A stretch of DNA of 43,286 bases. It comes from a virus (taxonomy: Duplodnaviria; Caudoviricetes). Location: IMG/VR virus record IMGVR_UViG_3300017963_000120, positions 1 through 43,286 of that record, one strand, 5' to 3'. How positions within the stretch are numbered: position 1 is the stretch's first letter; each line of letters begins with the position of its first letter. A program made the translations under genes and the position numbers. The notes under the pieces are model-generated. The model saw only the letters and a program-made list of their open reading frames with translations. It did not search any database and was not told the DNA's origin. Positions 17,906-26,776 of this stretch are shown here, one piece after another.

Positions 17906-18144
17906 TTGGCTTTAGCCTCAATGTATTTTAGATGAAGTTTTTCCTGCCATTCACCATCAATGAATTTTTTATTTAAACCGTTAATAAAATGACAAACCAG
18001 TGTTTCATCCGAATATACATAAAGATCATCGGTCCAACCGGCATGAATAACTAACAACTTCCCAAGTTCCAGTTTATTATATATGCCGGTTTTAACTCCG
18101 AAGATTTTCAGAATCAGCACCAGTTTGTCATATAATTCATTCAT
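17875..18144 (-). CDS. Hypothetical protein
   Basis: 89-aa ORF with AGGA RBS. Confidence 0.6.
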   Translation of the reverse strand: MNELYDKLVLILKIFGVKTGIYNKLELGKLLVIHAGWTDDLYVYSDETLVCHFINGLNKKFIDGEWQEKLHLKYIEAKAKCQTQQKKEF

Positions 18145-18237
18145 TTAATTTTCCTAACAATCAATTCTTTGTCCTGCCCGGACCATTCCCGGCATTCCTC
18201 AATTGTTTTAGCCTGAAAAACCGCCCGGCGATAATAC

Positions 18238-18504
18238 CTATGATAAACTTCGTAATACATCTTTGGATGTTTTGATTGCATCTGCAATTTTCTCCATAAG
18301 TTTGTATTTCAGCATTGCCTGCACACGTGACTCTAAAAGTGTATTGCAACCATTGATACCCCGGACCTGTTCCGCTTTCCAATCTGCCATAACAGCAGTA
18401 TTGTGGATGCACGTTTTGAAACATCCCATACAGGCAGGTGATTTTACAAGTTTCGGTTTTTGTGATAAAATAAGATCAAGAGTGCTCTCATAACTCTTCG
18501 CCAT
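18238..18504 (-). CDS. Hypothetical Cys-rich protein
   Basis: CMGCFKTC...C; AAGGA RBS. Confidence 0.55.
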   Translation of the reverse strand: MAKSYESTLDLILSQKPKLVKSPACMGCFKTCIHNTAVMADWKAEQVRGINGCNTLLESRVQAMLKYKLMEKIADAIKTSKDVLRSLS

Positions 18505-18595
18505 AATAGAATTGTCCTTATCTTATAATTTTCAGATATGAGATTCAGGTGAAACAGATTTAATTTTAACCAGAATATTGACCGGTATAATCTTT

Positions 18596-18964
18596 TCATT
18601 TTTCCAGTTTTCCTTCCACCCCTCTTGCAATCCGTTCCTGTGTCCTCTGGTTTAAAACATTCAGTGCTTTGAAAAGGTGTGCAATCGCCCGTTCATTAAA
18701 TTGACTCGGAAATGGTCCTTCCTGAAATCTTTCCAAACGGTCAATAACGATTTTAATTAAATCTTCATTATGGCAGCCATTGACACCAGATTCTTCAATT
18801 GCCCCCTTCTGGAAAAAGATCATGGTCTGTGTAAATTCTGCATGGCCCGCACGTTCAGTTGATGCAGTTATCTGGTAAATATGATGTGCGCCCCCCGGCC
18901 CCTTATCATCCAGACTTTCTACTTTGGTATAATTACCATCCTCAATAATTCTTTTGTTTGTCAT
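18596..18964 (-). CDS. tad1: Tad1-family anti-defence (immune-signal sponge) protein
   Basis: GPGGAHH.Y, FQKG, GVNG..NEDL, DRL..FQ.GPF, N..A..H...AL, R...R..RGVEG follow the Tad1 pattern. Start ATG 18964 after GAGG. Confidence 0.85.
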   Translation of the reverse strand: MTNKRIIEDGNYTKVESLDDKGPGGAHHIYQITASTERAGHAEFTQTMIFFQKGAIEESGVNGCHNEDLIKIVIDRLERFQEGPFPSQFNERAIAHLFKALNVLNQRTQERIARGVEGKLEK

Positions 18965-19118
18965 TGTCAAATACCTCAAATAAAGTAAATTGTTCAGTTA
19001 CTTCTATTTTTTCAAGATCATCCAAAAAACGTTTAATGACCTTCGCCTGATCGTCGTTAATATGTTTGATCAGGTCATATTGCCTTTGCCATTTTAACTT
19101 GAGCGCTGTCAGCGTCAT
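18942..19118 (-). CDS. Hypothetical protein (58 aa, not in ORF track)
   Basis: MTLTALKLKWQRQYDLIK...; ATGA-coupled to the upstream gene. Confidence 0.55.
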   Translation of the reverse strand: MTLTALKLKWQRQYDLIKHINDDQAKVIKRFLDDLEKIEVTEQFTLFEVFDNDKQKNY

Positions 19119-19324
19119 TTTCCGTTTTTACCCTTGCTGATAAATTCAGTTTCTTTTTCAGTGTTTCCGTTAAATGGATTGCGTTCAGTTCGTAAATAAT
19201 AATTAGTTTGGCCCTTACTATACAAAATGATCGTCACGCAGATCATAAAGCAGACACCCAAGATAGTAAAGGAAATAGGTGTCAAGATGTTATTTAATAT
19301 TTCCATCATAGCAAATTCTCCCAT
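19115..19324 (-). CDS. Single-TM membrane protein
   Basis: ILTPISFTILGVCFMICVTIILY. Confidence 0.6.
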   Translation of the reverse strand: MGEFAMMEILNNILTPISFTILGVCFMICVTIILYSKGQTNYYLRTERNPFNGNTEKETEFISKGKNGK

Positions 19325-19336
19325 TTTATATGACTG

Positions 19337-19531
19337 TTATTTACTTTGCTGAACACTCAGCATTCTATGTTTTTGAAAATCTTTTTTGCGCCTTAAATCG
19401 GTCAGTGCTTCAATAAAAATTTCAGACTTTGTGCAGATACGCCTTTCAACCAAATCCATGACCCATTCATGTAGATCATCATCAACACGTGCTGCAATAA
19501 TTTTTGTTTTTGGCTTTGGTGCAAAATCCAA
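19337..19531 (-). CDS. Ribbon-helix-helix (CopG/Arc-like) regulator
   Basis: Beta strand KIIAARV, helix DDDLHEWV, TKSEIFIEAL; first gene of the early operon; GAGGT RBS with TTG start. Confidence 0.7.
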   Translation of the reverse strand: MDFAPKPKTKIIAARVDDDLHEWVMDLVERRICTKSEIFIEALTDLRRKKDFQKHRMLSVQQSK

Positions 19532-19563
19532 AATTCTTACCTCAATATGAATAGTGATAAATA

Positions 19564-19585
19564 ACCGTTTACACGTGTAAACGGT
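19564..19585. promoter_or_regulatory. Perfect 22-bp palindrome, candidate operator
   Basis: ACCGTTTACAC|GTGTAAACGGT, just upstream of the RHH gene. Confidence 0.65.
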
Positions 19586-19594
19586 ACAGTAGAT

Positions 19595-19617
19595 AAAAAA
19601 ATCCGCAGATAGCGGAT
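19595..19617 (-). terminator. Intrinsic terminator-like hairpin
   Basis: Minus strand ATCCGC-tatct-GCGGAT followed by a T-tract. Confidence 0.65.
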
Positions 19618-19658
19618 AGATGGAGTGATATTTGTTTTTACTCCCTCAAGCATGGTAA

Positions 19659-19687
19659 ATAATAATCAATTGATTTTTAAAATGCAA
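19659..19687 (-). promoter_or_regulatory. Sigma70-type promoter
   Basis: Minus strand TTGCAT (19687-19682), 17 bp spacer, TATTAT (19664-19659). Confidence 0.65.
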
Positions 19688-19706
19688 GCTAAATCTTTAT
19701 ATTGAT

Positions 19707-20087
19707 TCATTTATTTTTTTCGATTTTATATCCGTTTTCTAACAACATTTCACGCATAGCATTTTTCATTAATGATATTTTTTCATCTGGTGTCTGAAGC
19801 CTGCCTTCATCTTTCCAATCACGCAATTGCAGTTTTAATGATTCAAGTTCTTTTTCAACCAGAACAAGCCTCATCATAACATCCTCTTTTTGTTCCTGAC
19901 TGAAAGTAAATCCATATTTTTGTATGTGGTCAATCTGTGCTTTTTCAGTGTAATCCATATGTATGGTAGTATCAGTAACATGCATCCTTAATGCAGCAAC
20001 ATTAACACCTGTGAAAAATGCAAGTGATAATATCCACTTCCAGAATGAAAATGTTTGCCAAAATTTTTTAATTGTTTCATTGTTCAT
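19707..20087 (-). CDS. Membrane-anchored coiled-coil protein (lysis region)
   Basis: N-terminal TM followed by heptad repeats. Confidence 0.65.
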   Translation of the reverse strand: MNNETIKKFWQTFSFWKWILSLAFFTGVNVAALRMHVTDTTIHMDYTEKAQIDHIQKYGFTFSQEQKEDVMMRLVLVEKELESLKLQLRDWKDEGRLQTPDEKISLMKNAMREMLLENGYKIEKNK

Positions 20088-20089
20088 AA

Positions 20090-20368
20090 CTATTTATCTT
20101 TTCTTTCTACTACAAACTTAATTATCTGAAATATTAATACACCGGCTGATACCAGTGCCACTGTAACAGGCACAATTTCCGCTTTAAAAAATTCCCACAT
20201 ATCCCCGGCAAATTTACCGGCATCAACAACAATTGTTTGTGCAACACGATATGATTTAATAATATAGCCTACACAAATCAGGCCAGTATAATGTAAATAT
20301 TTTATAAGTTTATTTTCTGTTCTATCAGATTTTCTATCTTTTGCATTTCTTCTGTCTGCCATAATCAA
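20090..20368 (-). CDS. Holin-like membrane protein
   Basis: Small, two hydrophobic segments, charged C-terminus, downstream of the endolysin. Confidence 0.45.
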   Translation of the reverse strand: MIMADRRNAKDRKSDRTENKLIKYLHYTGLICVGYIIKSYRVAQTIVVDAGKFAGDMWEFFKAEIVPVTVALVSAGVLIFQIIKFVVERKDK

Positions 20369-20760
20369 TCCAAATTAGCATAAATCTTGTCTGCTATATT
20401 ATCGACAAAAAGCAAAATATCTTTAGCTGTTTCACCCTTGATGAAGAAGGCCAGTTTATCAAGATGTGTCAGTATCCATAAAAGTTTTTTAGGTGTTAGT
20501 GTAATTTTCTCCCGGACCACATTAAACCACAATGCACTAAATGCTTTTGATATAAATCCCGACTCTCTTTCTTCAGACAATTGTTTTAACCTTGAAAGGA
20601 TTTCATCCAATTGTGCTTTTGTAGGTATTCCATTTGCCCGGTAATATAGAGCAATATCATCCGGGATAGCCTTGAACGGATCAGATGAATTTATGTGACC
20701 TGCCCGGTCACGCAACTTATTAAAATCAAATTTAAGTAATTCTTTTTGATACTCCCCCAT
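20365..20760 (-). CDS. Hypothetical protein
   Basis: 131-aa ORF in the lysis block. Confidence 0.65.
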   Translation of the reverse strand: MGEYQKELLKFDFNKLRDRAGHINSSDPFKAIPDDIALYYRANGIPTKAQLDEILSRLKQLSEERESGFISKAFSALWFNVVREKITLTPKKLLWILTHLDKLAFFIKGETAKDILLFVDNIADKIYANLD

Positions 20761-20761
20761 G

Positions 20762-21094
20762 TCACCAATCCTTTTTTCTAATATCTATAATTGGATTGTC
20801 GGTACGGTATGGTGGTATTGCCAGAATGGTATCCCCTCTAACTTCCCACTTATAAACATCCAGGTATGTTCTAAGTTTATTGTTGACTGAATCAAGCGTA
20901 CTTTGTAAATTCCATATTTCGACTTGAAGAGAATCAGCAATCATCTGATAAGTTTTTTCACGCAGCAGACTTTGATGATATGCTTTTTTGTACATATCCC
21001 GGTCTGCTTTGCATTGCTTTAAATTTGAACGTACTGATCCACAACTTACTAAAATGATCAGCAATATTATTGAGACATATATCACATATTTCAT
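20762..21094 (-). CDS. Lipoprotein with coiled coil (spanin candidate)
   Basis: MKYVIYVSIILLIILVS|CGS lipobox; sequons DSL, DSV, DTI. Confidence 0.6.
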   Translation of the reverse strand: MKYVIYVSIILLIILVSCGSVRSNLKQCKADRDMYKKAYHQSLLREKTYQMIADSLQVEIWNLQSTLDSVNNKLRTYLDVYKWEVRGDTILAIPPYRTDNPIIDIRKKDW

Positions 21095-21285
21095 TGTTTT
21101 TTATTTCGCCTTATTGGATTGTTTTTAGTAAATCTCAACCATATGGTACCGATGCCCGTACTAATCCATTCAAATTCTGTTTGATATAATCCCCACAAAA
21201 TCTGTGCAGTTCCCAACCATATTTGCCGGGATTGATACCAGTGTTTTGTATCACTCCCGGCAAACTGTTTTACCTGTTCAATCAT
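21091..21285 (-). CDS. Small holin-like protein
   Basis: K.WYQSR.IW...I.LRF.....PI pattern; lysis context. Confidence 0.5.
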   Translation of the reverse strand: MIEQVKQFAGSDTKHWYQSRQIWLGTAQILWGLYQTEFEWISTGIGTIWLRFTKNNPIRRNKKQ

Positions 21286-21590
21286 TGTTCAGGTGCAGGT
21301 TCAGGATTAGTAAATATTTCTGGTGGATATACCGGAATTGGTATTCCTGCCTCGGTAAGCGTATCCTCAATCAGTTCTTTGGCAGCCTGCAATGCCTGAT
21401 CGTCATAATCATTTTCAGTATCATTGGCAATTTTTTCACCAAAAAAGGTGATTGTACCATGTGCCAGATACATAGATTTTTTCAGATCAGAATGTGCAGT
21501 AGCACCATCAACAGCAGAATCACCGATATTTTTCAATATCGTTAATCCCAATGGTACGCCTAAATCAAGAATTTGATCCCACAATGACAT
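21282..21590 (-). CDS. Hypothetical protein
   Basis: 102-aa ORF with AGGGGG RBS. Confidence 0.7.
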   Translation of the reverse strand: MSLWDQILDLGVPLGLTILKNIGDSAVDGATAHSDLKKSMYLAHGTITFFGEKIANDTENDYDDQALQAAKELIEDTLTEAGIPIPVYPPEIFTNPEPAPEQ

Positions 21591-21639
21591 AAGTACCCCC
21601 TACTTTCTTTTGTTTAACATACTCCCCTTAGTGGAGAAT

Positions 21640-22125
21640 TTATATTCGTGCTAACCATCCTTTTATAAACGCCTTTTGAGATTCATCCTTTAAGGCCAAT
21701 CTTTTGAAATGCTCAAATTCAAAACCTCTTATTGCAGCCAACAGTGCTTTTGCATATTTCCTGCAAGCTCTATTGGCCTGATTTACAGTGTTTGGTCCTA
21801 TGATGCTGTCCACTATACAATCATATCCCATCAGATTTAACGCTTGCTGCAAATATCTTGCACATCTGGACGTACCGGCAACAAATCCAAAATCCAACAT
21901 TTCAAGTTTTAATTCTTCATTGTCAAACTCATCACATGACAGCTTGTTCCAGTAATCACGCTTAGTAATTTTCATTGCTTTTTCTTTTGTCAGATTTTCT
22001 ATATCAATATCTGGGTATTGCCTTTGGCTTATTCCATATTTTGTTTTTCCACCACGATCATATTTGTGATTTACAAAACCACCTTCCAGTGCAATCAATA
22101 TATTGTATGCTGTTTCAAAAGTCAT
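21640..22125 (-). CDS. Endolysin, glycoside hydrolase family 108 with peptidoglycan-binding domain
   Basis: EGGFVNHKYDRGGKTKYGIS, DYW, LQQALN..D.IIGPNT, FIKGWLAR. Confidence 0.93.
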   Translation of the reverse strand: MTFETAYNILIALEGGFVNHKYDRGGKTKYGISQRQYPDIDIENLTKEKAMKITKRDYWNKLSCDEFDNEELKLEMLDFGFVAGTSRCARYLQQALNLMGYDCIVDSIIGPNTVNQANRACRKYAKALLAAIRGFEFEHFKRLALKDESQKAFIKGWLARI

Positions 22126-22168
22126 AATATTTTCTCAAAAAATAAATATTAATAGAATGGTTTTCATG

Positions 22169-22969
22169 TCAATGCCTTTTTAGCCTGTTTAAATTTGTAA
22201 TTTTTGTATGCCTTTGTTCATAACCACTTGAAGGATTAAAATTTCCTTTTGAATAACCAGACTCCAAAAAACTAATCATATTACTTGCCCATGTTGCGTC
22301 TCTTAATGTATTATCTAATTGAATATAATATAAATCGCCTGTCATATAATTTGCAGTAGTTCTTCTCGATCCGATTTGGAATGAAGTATTTAAATCAATA
22401 TTCGTTGTGGTCATTGTTGTCGTTGTTGTAGAAACCGCTCCACTATCCGATATATAAAATTGAGCGTTACCATCCCTGTCACACGTAACCACCATCGCAA
22501 CAAAGGTGTTTGCTGTAAATAAATTAGCATTGACAGACAAGGCCAATACAGCATCCACACCAGCCAATCTATATTGTATTGCAACTTGACCATTTGACTG
22601 CCAAAATTGAAAAAAATTAGAAGAATTAACATACTTCCCCGCCCAATCATCCCTTGTAAGATCAGTCACATTAAATCCAACACTCCATGTAAAATCACCT
22701 GTGCCTACGTCCTGATTTGGCGAAGGTGATGCAACAGATAAATGATCGTCACCATCAAATGTTAAATAATGTGTGCCGTTTAAAGGCTTTGCATTGGCAG
22801 TTGATTGTGATGCAGCATAAGAACCAATCTGATCTGTCCATGTGGTCACACTATCAACTTCCAATGTTTTGCTAAGATCACCACGCCAGACATTTGTCGT
22901 ATTTGCATCCTGTGGATTAAACTGTGCATACAATAATATTGGAATTAACAAAAATAAAAGTATTTTCAT
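22169..22969 (-). CDS. LamG/concanavalin-like domain protein with signal peptide
   Basis: Start ATG 22969 (ATGA-coupled): MKILLFLLIPILLYA|QFN; LTFDGDD, GDFT, FQIG, GDLYYIQL LamG-like motifs. Confidence 0.75.
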   Translation of the reverse strand: MKILLFLLIPILLYAQFNPQDANTTNVWRGDLSKTLEVDSVTTWTDQIGSYAASQSTANAKPLNGTHYLTFDGDDHLSVASPSPNQDVGTGDFTWSVGFNVTDLTRDDWAGKYVNSSNFFQFWQSNGQVAIQYRLAGVDAVLALSVNANLFTANTFVAMVVTCDRDGNAQFYISDSGAVSTTTTTMTTTNIDLNTSFQIGSRRTTANYMTGDLYYIQLDNTLRDATWASNMISFLESGYSKGNFNPSSGYEQRHTKITNLNRLKRH

Positions 22970-23265
22970 TTTTTCTTTTCCTTTAAAATTATTATAAAAA
23001 ATAAACATGATATTAACACCGCCACCAAATCTGTTATTGTATCTTTCATATAATGCTGAAATCCACCACCGTATGCATCCATGTTCCAGAAATACTCTGA
23101 TCCATCATACAAAACAGCAACCAACATAACATATAAAAATAATGTTCTTTTTTTGCTTTGATATAATTGCCACTTTTCAGGTAAATATACCCATAGCAGC
23201 ATCCACACATAAGCACCTAAAACCATGTGCTGCCAAAAGTCCGGTTGTCCTAATTGATTTATCAT
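22966..23265 (-). CDS. Three-TM membrane protein
   Basis: D..QH...G, TM segments, DTITDL; sits between the two putative receptor-binding genes. Confidence 0.65.
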   Translation of the reverse strand: MINQLGQPDFWQHMVLGAYVWMLLWVYLPEKWQLYQSKKRTLFLYVMLVAVLYDGSEYFWNMDAYGGGFQHYMKDTITDLVAVLISCLFFIIILKEKKK

Positions 23266-26200
23266 TTTTTCATAAACCTAAAAAAGTTTCTGCCACATCT
23301 TTTGTTATCTTCACCCTCATCACATACCATAAATATTGTGTTGTCATTATACTTATCTAAATTATGATCACCTGCAGTAACCAAAATATTAAAATATGAA
23401 AATCTTGATCTGCTAAACGGTAACATTGAAGGCCATGTAGGATTACCGGCATTACCGGCAAAGTCGAAAGCGACCCCTTCTTCGTCACCCAAAAACCCTG
23501 TTGACCGCCAAGACCGCCCCCTATCCCAACTCTCGGCAAAATATGTCCTATTCCTTGTCAATCCATTCATGGCTGCTATCACCCTGCCATCCGGGAGGTA
23601 GGCCAATGCAACAGGCGCACTATCACCGCCTCTGTATTGCCAGTTATATGGAGTAAATTGCGTCCAGTTATTACCGTTATCACTTGTCTCATATAAATAT
23701 CCGTATAGCCCCACATCATTACGTGTTGCAATTAATCCATTACCAAGCCAGTTAGCCGATCTAACATAAGTCCACTCACTAACATCGGATTGATTTAAAT
23801 CCACAACACAGGTATCGGCTATCCAAGTTTTACATGAATCTGTGCTTTTTAATATAAAATGCTTATTGCTACCATTAATAGGATAATAACACGGTATTCC
23901 TATTGTGTCGGCAGAGCCTATATGTTTTATGCCGCTCCATGCGGCAGAAGCATAAGTTGACCCGTTCGCATCAATAAACCTAAAATTTGAAAGATCACCT
24001 GTTTTTAGAAAACAAACCTTCTGTCCGTCTGGCTTGTATGTAGGAGAGGGTAAAGTATCAAACTGCCCCAACGCCAATACAAGGCTATCATCAGGTGAAA
24101 TAAAAGAATATCCGGCACCGACCGAAACAGTATCACCCGGAGTTATCAACCCACTTTCACCTTGATATACAAGCGAAGGTTTTCCCCATGTTTCCCCCCT
24201 GTCATCTGATACCATCATATAAATTTTATTATCCGCACTAAACTCATAGGATAATTGATTGCCCGGATTATAGCCTTTTTCACCGCCTGAATTAAAAAAC
24301 ATAACAAGGCTATCTCTGCCCGCTTTATCACCCCACTCTACGAGTGAAGAACTTCTTTCAAATACATTTAAATTATTTTTCCTGTTATCTATTCTGAATA
24401 AAGAAAGTTTCTCAAGCCAGTATCCCCTGAACGGCTCCCATTCTAATTGAGGGGCCCAACTTTCCATAAAAATAGATTTATAATCCTCTGAAATCTTCTG
24501 ACATATTTTGTATTTTTGTGGCCCCGTTAACTCATCAGCAAAACACATAATACCAAATATTCTATTGGAAACTTTTGTATGTTCATAAAAATATTTAACA
24601 TCATCTAAATCGGTCATAAAATCAAACCAGATTAAAACCCTATTTTCCTGATTATATTCATTATATGACCAAGGAGTGTCATACAAACCACCGTTGAATT
24701 GACAATCACTACCATATATAATTAATACTGTTTGTGTTCTTCCTGTTAACTCAGTATCAAAGGTAAATGGTATATCATAATCCCACTCAGGTCGCCAAAT
24801 AAAACCGCTTCCGTCTGTAAGATCAAAGTCATAAGTATTTTGCCTAAATACAACCGTATCACTATCTGCGACAGTAATAACCTTATAACCCACATATTCA
24901 GGTGGTTCAATAGACGCAACAAAGGCAGTATCACCAACCTCATACAAGGTATCTGACTGATTATCAAACACAAGTTTTATATCAGCCGTATTAGCATTAA
25001 CACTATCAACAAATACTGTATCTATGGTAAGGTAATCCATGTGAGTCTCAATATTAACCTGTAACCCCCTAAATGGTGTGATATGAAATAATGATGTTGA
25101 CGCATTTGTTAAATTCGTTGTATCAATCACGACATCTGGATAATTTTGCAGTGCATCTCTTATGTGACTAACATAATATGGCTTTGTAAAAATACAATTA
25201 TCTGGATTTAGTATTCTACCAACTTTCAATCGTCTATAATGTGTTGTTCGTCCAGTATTACCCAAAGCATGATTAAACTTAACCAAGCCACCTGTATGTT
25301 TGTATAATATTTCAGTTTTATGCCATGTACTATCATCAACAGCTAATACACTTAATAAGTAATCCTGATCACCGGCCTGCACTTGTACATAATTAGTTAC
25401 GGTAGTGGTATCATCATTTCGTCTTTCAAAAGAAATAACATAATACTCATTCTTAATAAAATCATATTGTGTTGTATCTATGGCAAATGAATTTGCTGCT
25501 AAAGAATTATAAATAGTTATTTCAATATCATCGGCATCAGTTACATCCCATATATACCAATCATTTGCGTTCCCGGTCTGGTCATAAAAATAAACAGTAT
25601 CCCCCGGTGCATCCATCATATAATTTGTATCAACGTCTGCTATTGTCCTATCAAAAAAACCGTAATAATTATTTACAACACCGTTTGTGATTGGTCTGAT
25701 TTTTTTCTGTGTTCCAGAATTTTCATACCTGTCACTTTTATTTGCTGAAGGTCTATAATCTTCATATGCTATCTGACCGTTTATCAAAAACAATCCATTA
25801 AAAAAATCTTTATTTGCAATTTCACCAGAATCTATAATTGTTGAATCTAATACATCAACACCTTCCCAAAATCCGGTATGTGCATGTAAATCATAATAGG
25901 CAATAGCTTCCGGGTATCTGGTTCTTTTGCGTTTTATGATTCTTCTATATTCACTTGTCTGTCTTTTATATGGTGTAGAAAGTTTTTGACCATAAACAAC
26001 ATCAGCAGGTATATCCACTATCACACTATCATCAACACGTTTTATTTCAAGCGTATCCGTAGCAGTCTTATATCCAATCGAAACACCATCTGGTAAATTT
26101 GTGATCATCACCGTATCGGCAGAATCAGACAACAACGCATTCATATATGCCCTTGCACCATCCCCAAAATGTGATGAATCAACTCCACCAGTTTTGATTG

Positions 26201-26768
26201 TCAGCACACCACTACTTTTTGTAATAGCAGCATCATCTACCAATGTTGTAAGTCCACTATCATCTGACAAGGCACCATCGGCATTTAACTCAACTGCACT
26301 ACCTGCAACCTTATCAGATGTAGTTATCTGGTTCAATTTATCATCTGTAATTGAACCGGCTAATTTTTCATTTGATATTCCCAAATCTTTAACACGTAAA
26401 TTTCTACCGGAATTATATTCCTCTATCGTCACATCATCTGGAACATGCAGACTTTCAGCAACCACACTTTGAGCTGCAGCCACATAATTATTATCATATA
26501 TGATGCCAATATTTGTACGCCATAAAACACCGGCAACATAAACATCATACACACCGGCAACAACAGAATCAGAGCCATTTGTCCAATAATACCACCCGGC
26601 ATCAAGCCATGTTAAATCATACTGCTTTACACCACTTTGATAAAGCTGTACCGTTGCATTTTTTATCGGCCTACCATCAGATGATTCAACAGGTACCGGC
26701 AAAAAATATTTTGTTTGACCAAACACCGATAATGATAAGGCCAGTATAATAAAAATGATTGTTTTCAT
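23262..26768 (-). CDS. Tail fibre/spike-like protein with C-terminal Asp-box (sialidase-like) propeller and N-terminal signal peptide
   Basis: MKTIIFIILALSLSVFG|QTK; fibre-shaft repeats (DDVTI..LRVK..GI, DDAAI..LTIK..GV); Asp boxes SDDRGETW, STDSCKTW, TSDNGNNW, SWDRGRSW. Confidence 0.75.
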   Translation of the reverse strand: MKTIIFIILALSLSVFGQTKYFLPVPVESSDGRPIKNATVQLYQSGVKQYDLTWLDAGWYYWTNGSDSVVAGVYDVYVAGVLWRTNIGIIYDNNYVAAAQSVVAESLHVPDDVTIEEYNSGRNLRVKDLGISNEKLAGSITDDKLNQITTSDKVAGSAVELNADGALSDDSGLTTLVDDAAITKSSGVLTIKTGGVDSSHFGDGARAYMNALLSDSADTVMITNLPDGVSIGYKTATDTLEIKRVDDSVIVDIPADVVYGQKLSTPYKRQTSEYRRIIKRKRTRYPEAIAYYDLHAHTGFWEGVDVLDSTIIDSGEIANKDFFNGLFLINGQIAYEDYRPSANKSDRYENSGTQKKIRPITNGVVNNYYGFFDRTIADVDTNYMMDAPGDTVYFYDQTGNANDWYIWDVTDADDIEITIYNSLAANSFAIDTTQYDFIKNEYYVISFERRNDDTTTVTNYVQVQAGDQDYLLSVLAVDDSTWHKTEILYKHTGGLVKFNHALGNTGRTTHYRRLKVGRILNPDNCIFTKPYYVSHIRDALQNYPDVVIDTTNLTNASTSLFHITPFRGLQVNIETHMDYLTIDTVFVDSVNANTADIKLVFDNQSDTLYEVGDTAFVASIEPPEYVGYKVITVADSDTVVFRQNTYDFDLTDGSGFIWRPEWDYDIPFTFDTELTGRTQTVLIIYGSDCQFNGGLYDTPWSYNEYNQENRVLIWFDFMTDLDDVKYFYEHTKVSNRIFGIMCFADELTGPQKYKICQKISEDYKSIFMESWAPQLEWEPFRGYWLEKLSLFRIDNRKNNLNVFERSSSLVEWGDKAGRDSLVMFFNSGGEKGYNPGNQLSYEFSADNKIYMMVSDDRGETWGKPSLVYQGESGLITPGDTVSVGAGYSFISPDDSLVLALGQFDTLPSPTYKPDGQKVCFLKTGDLSNFRFIDANGSTYASAAWSGIKHIGSADTIGIPCYYPINGSNKHFILKSTDSCKTWIADTCVVDLNQSDVSEWTYVRSANWLGNGLIATRNDVGLYGYLYETSDNGNNWTQFTPYNWQYRGGDSAPVALAYLPDGRVIAAMNGLTRNRTYFAESWDRGRSWRSTGFLGDEEGVAFDFAGNAGNPTWPSMLPFSRSRFSYFNILVTAGDHNLDKYNDNTIFMVCDEGEDNKRCGRNFFRFMKK

Positions 26769-26776
26769 TATATAAC

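Noticed and set aside
18161-18424. 87-aa minus-strand ORF
   Set aside because: It largely overlaps 18238-18504 in another frame and has no clear RBS.
22970-23008. ORF-track N-terminal extension of the LamG gene (MFIFYNNFKGKEK)
   Set aside because: It overlaps the upstream gene; ATG 22969 has an AAGGA RBS, ATGA coupling and gives a clean signal peptide.
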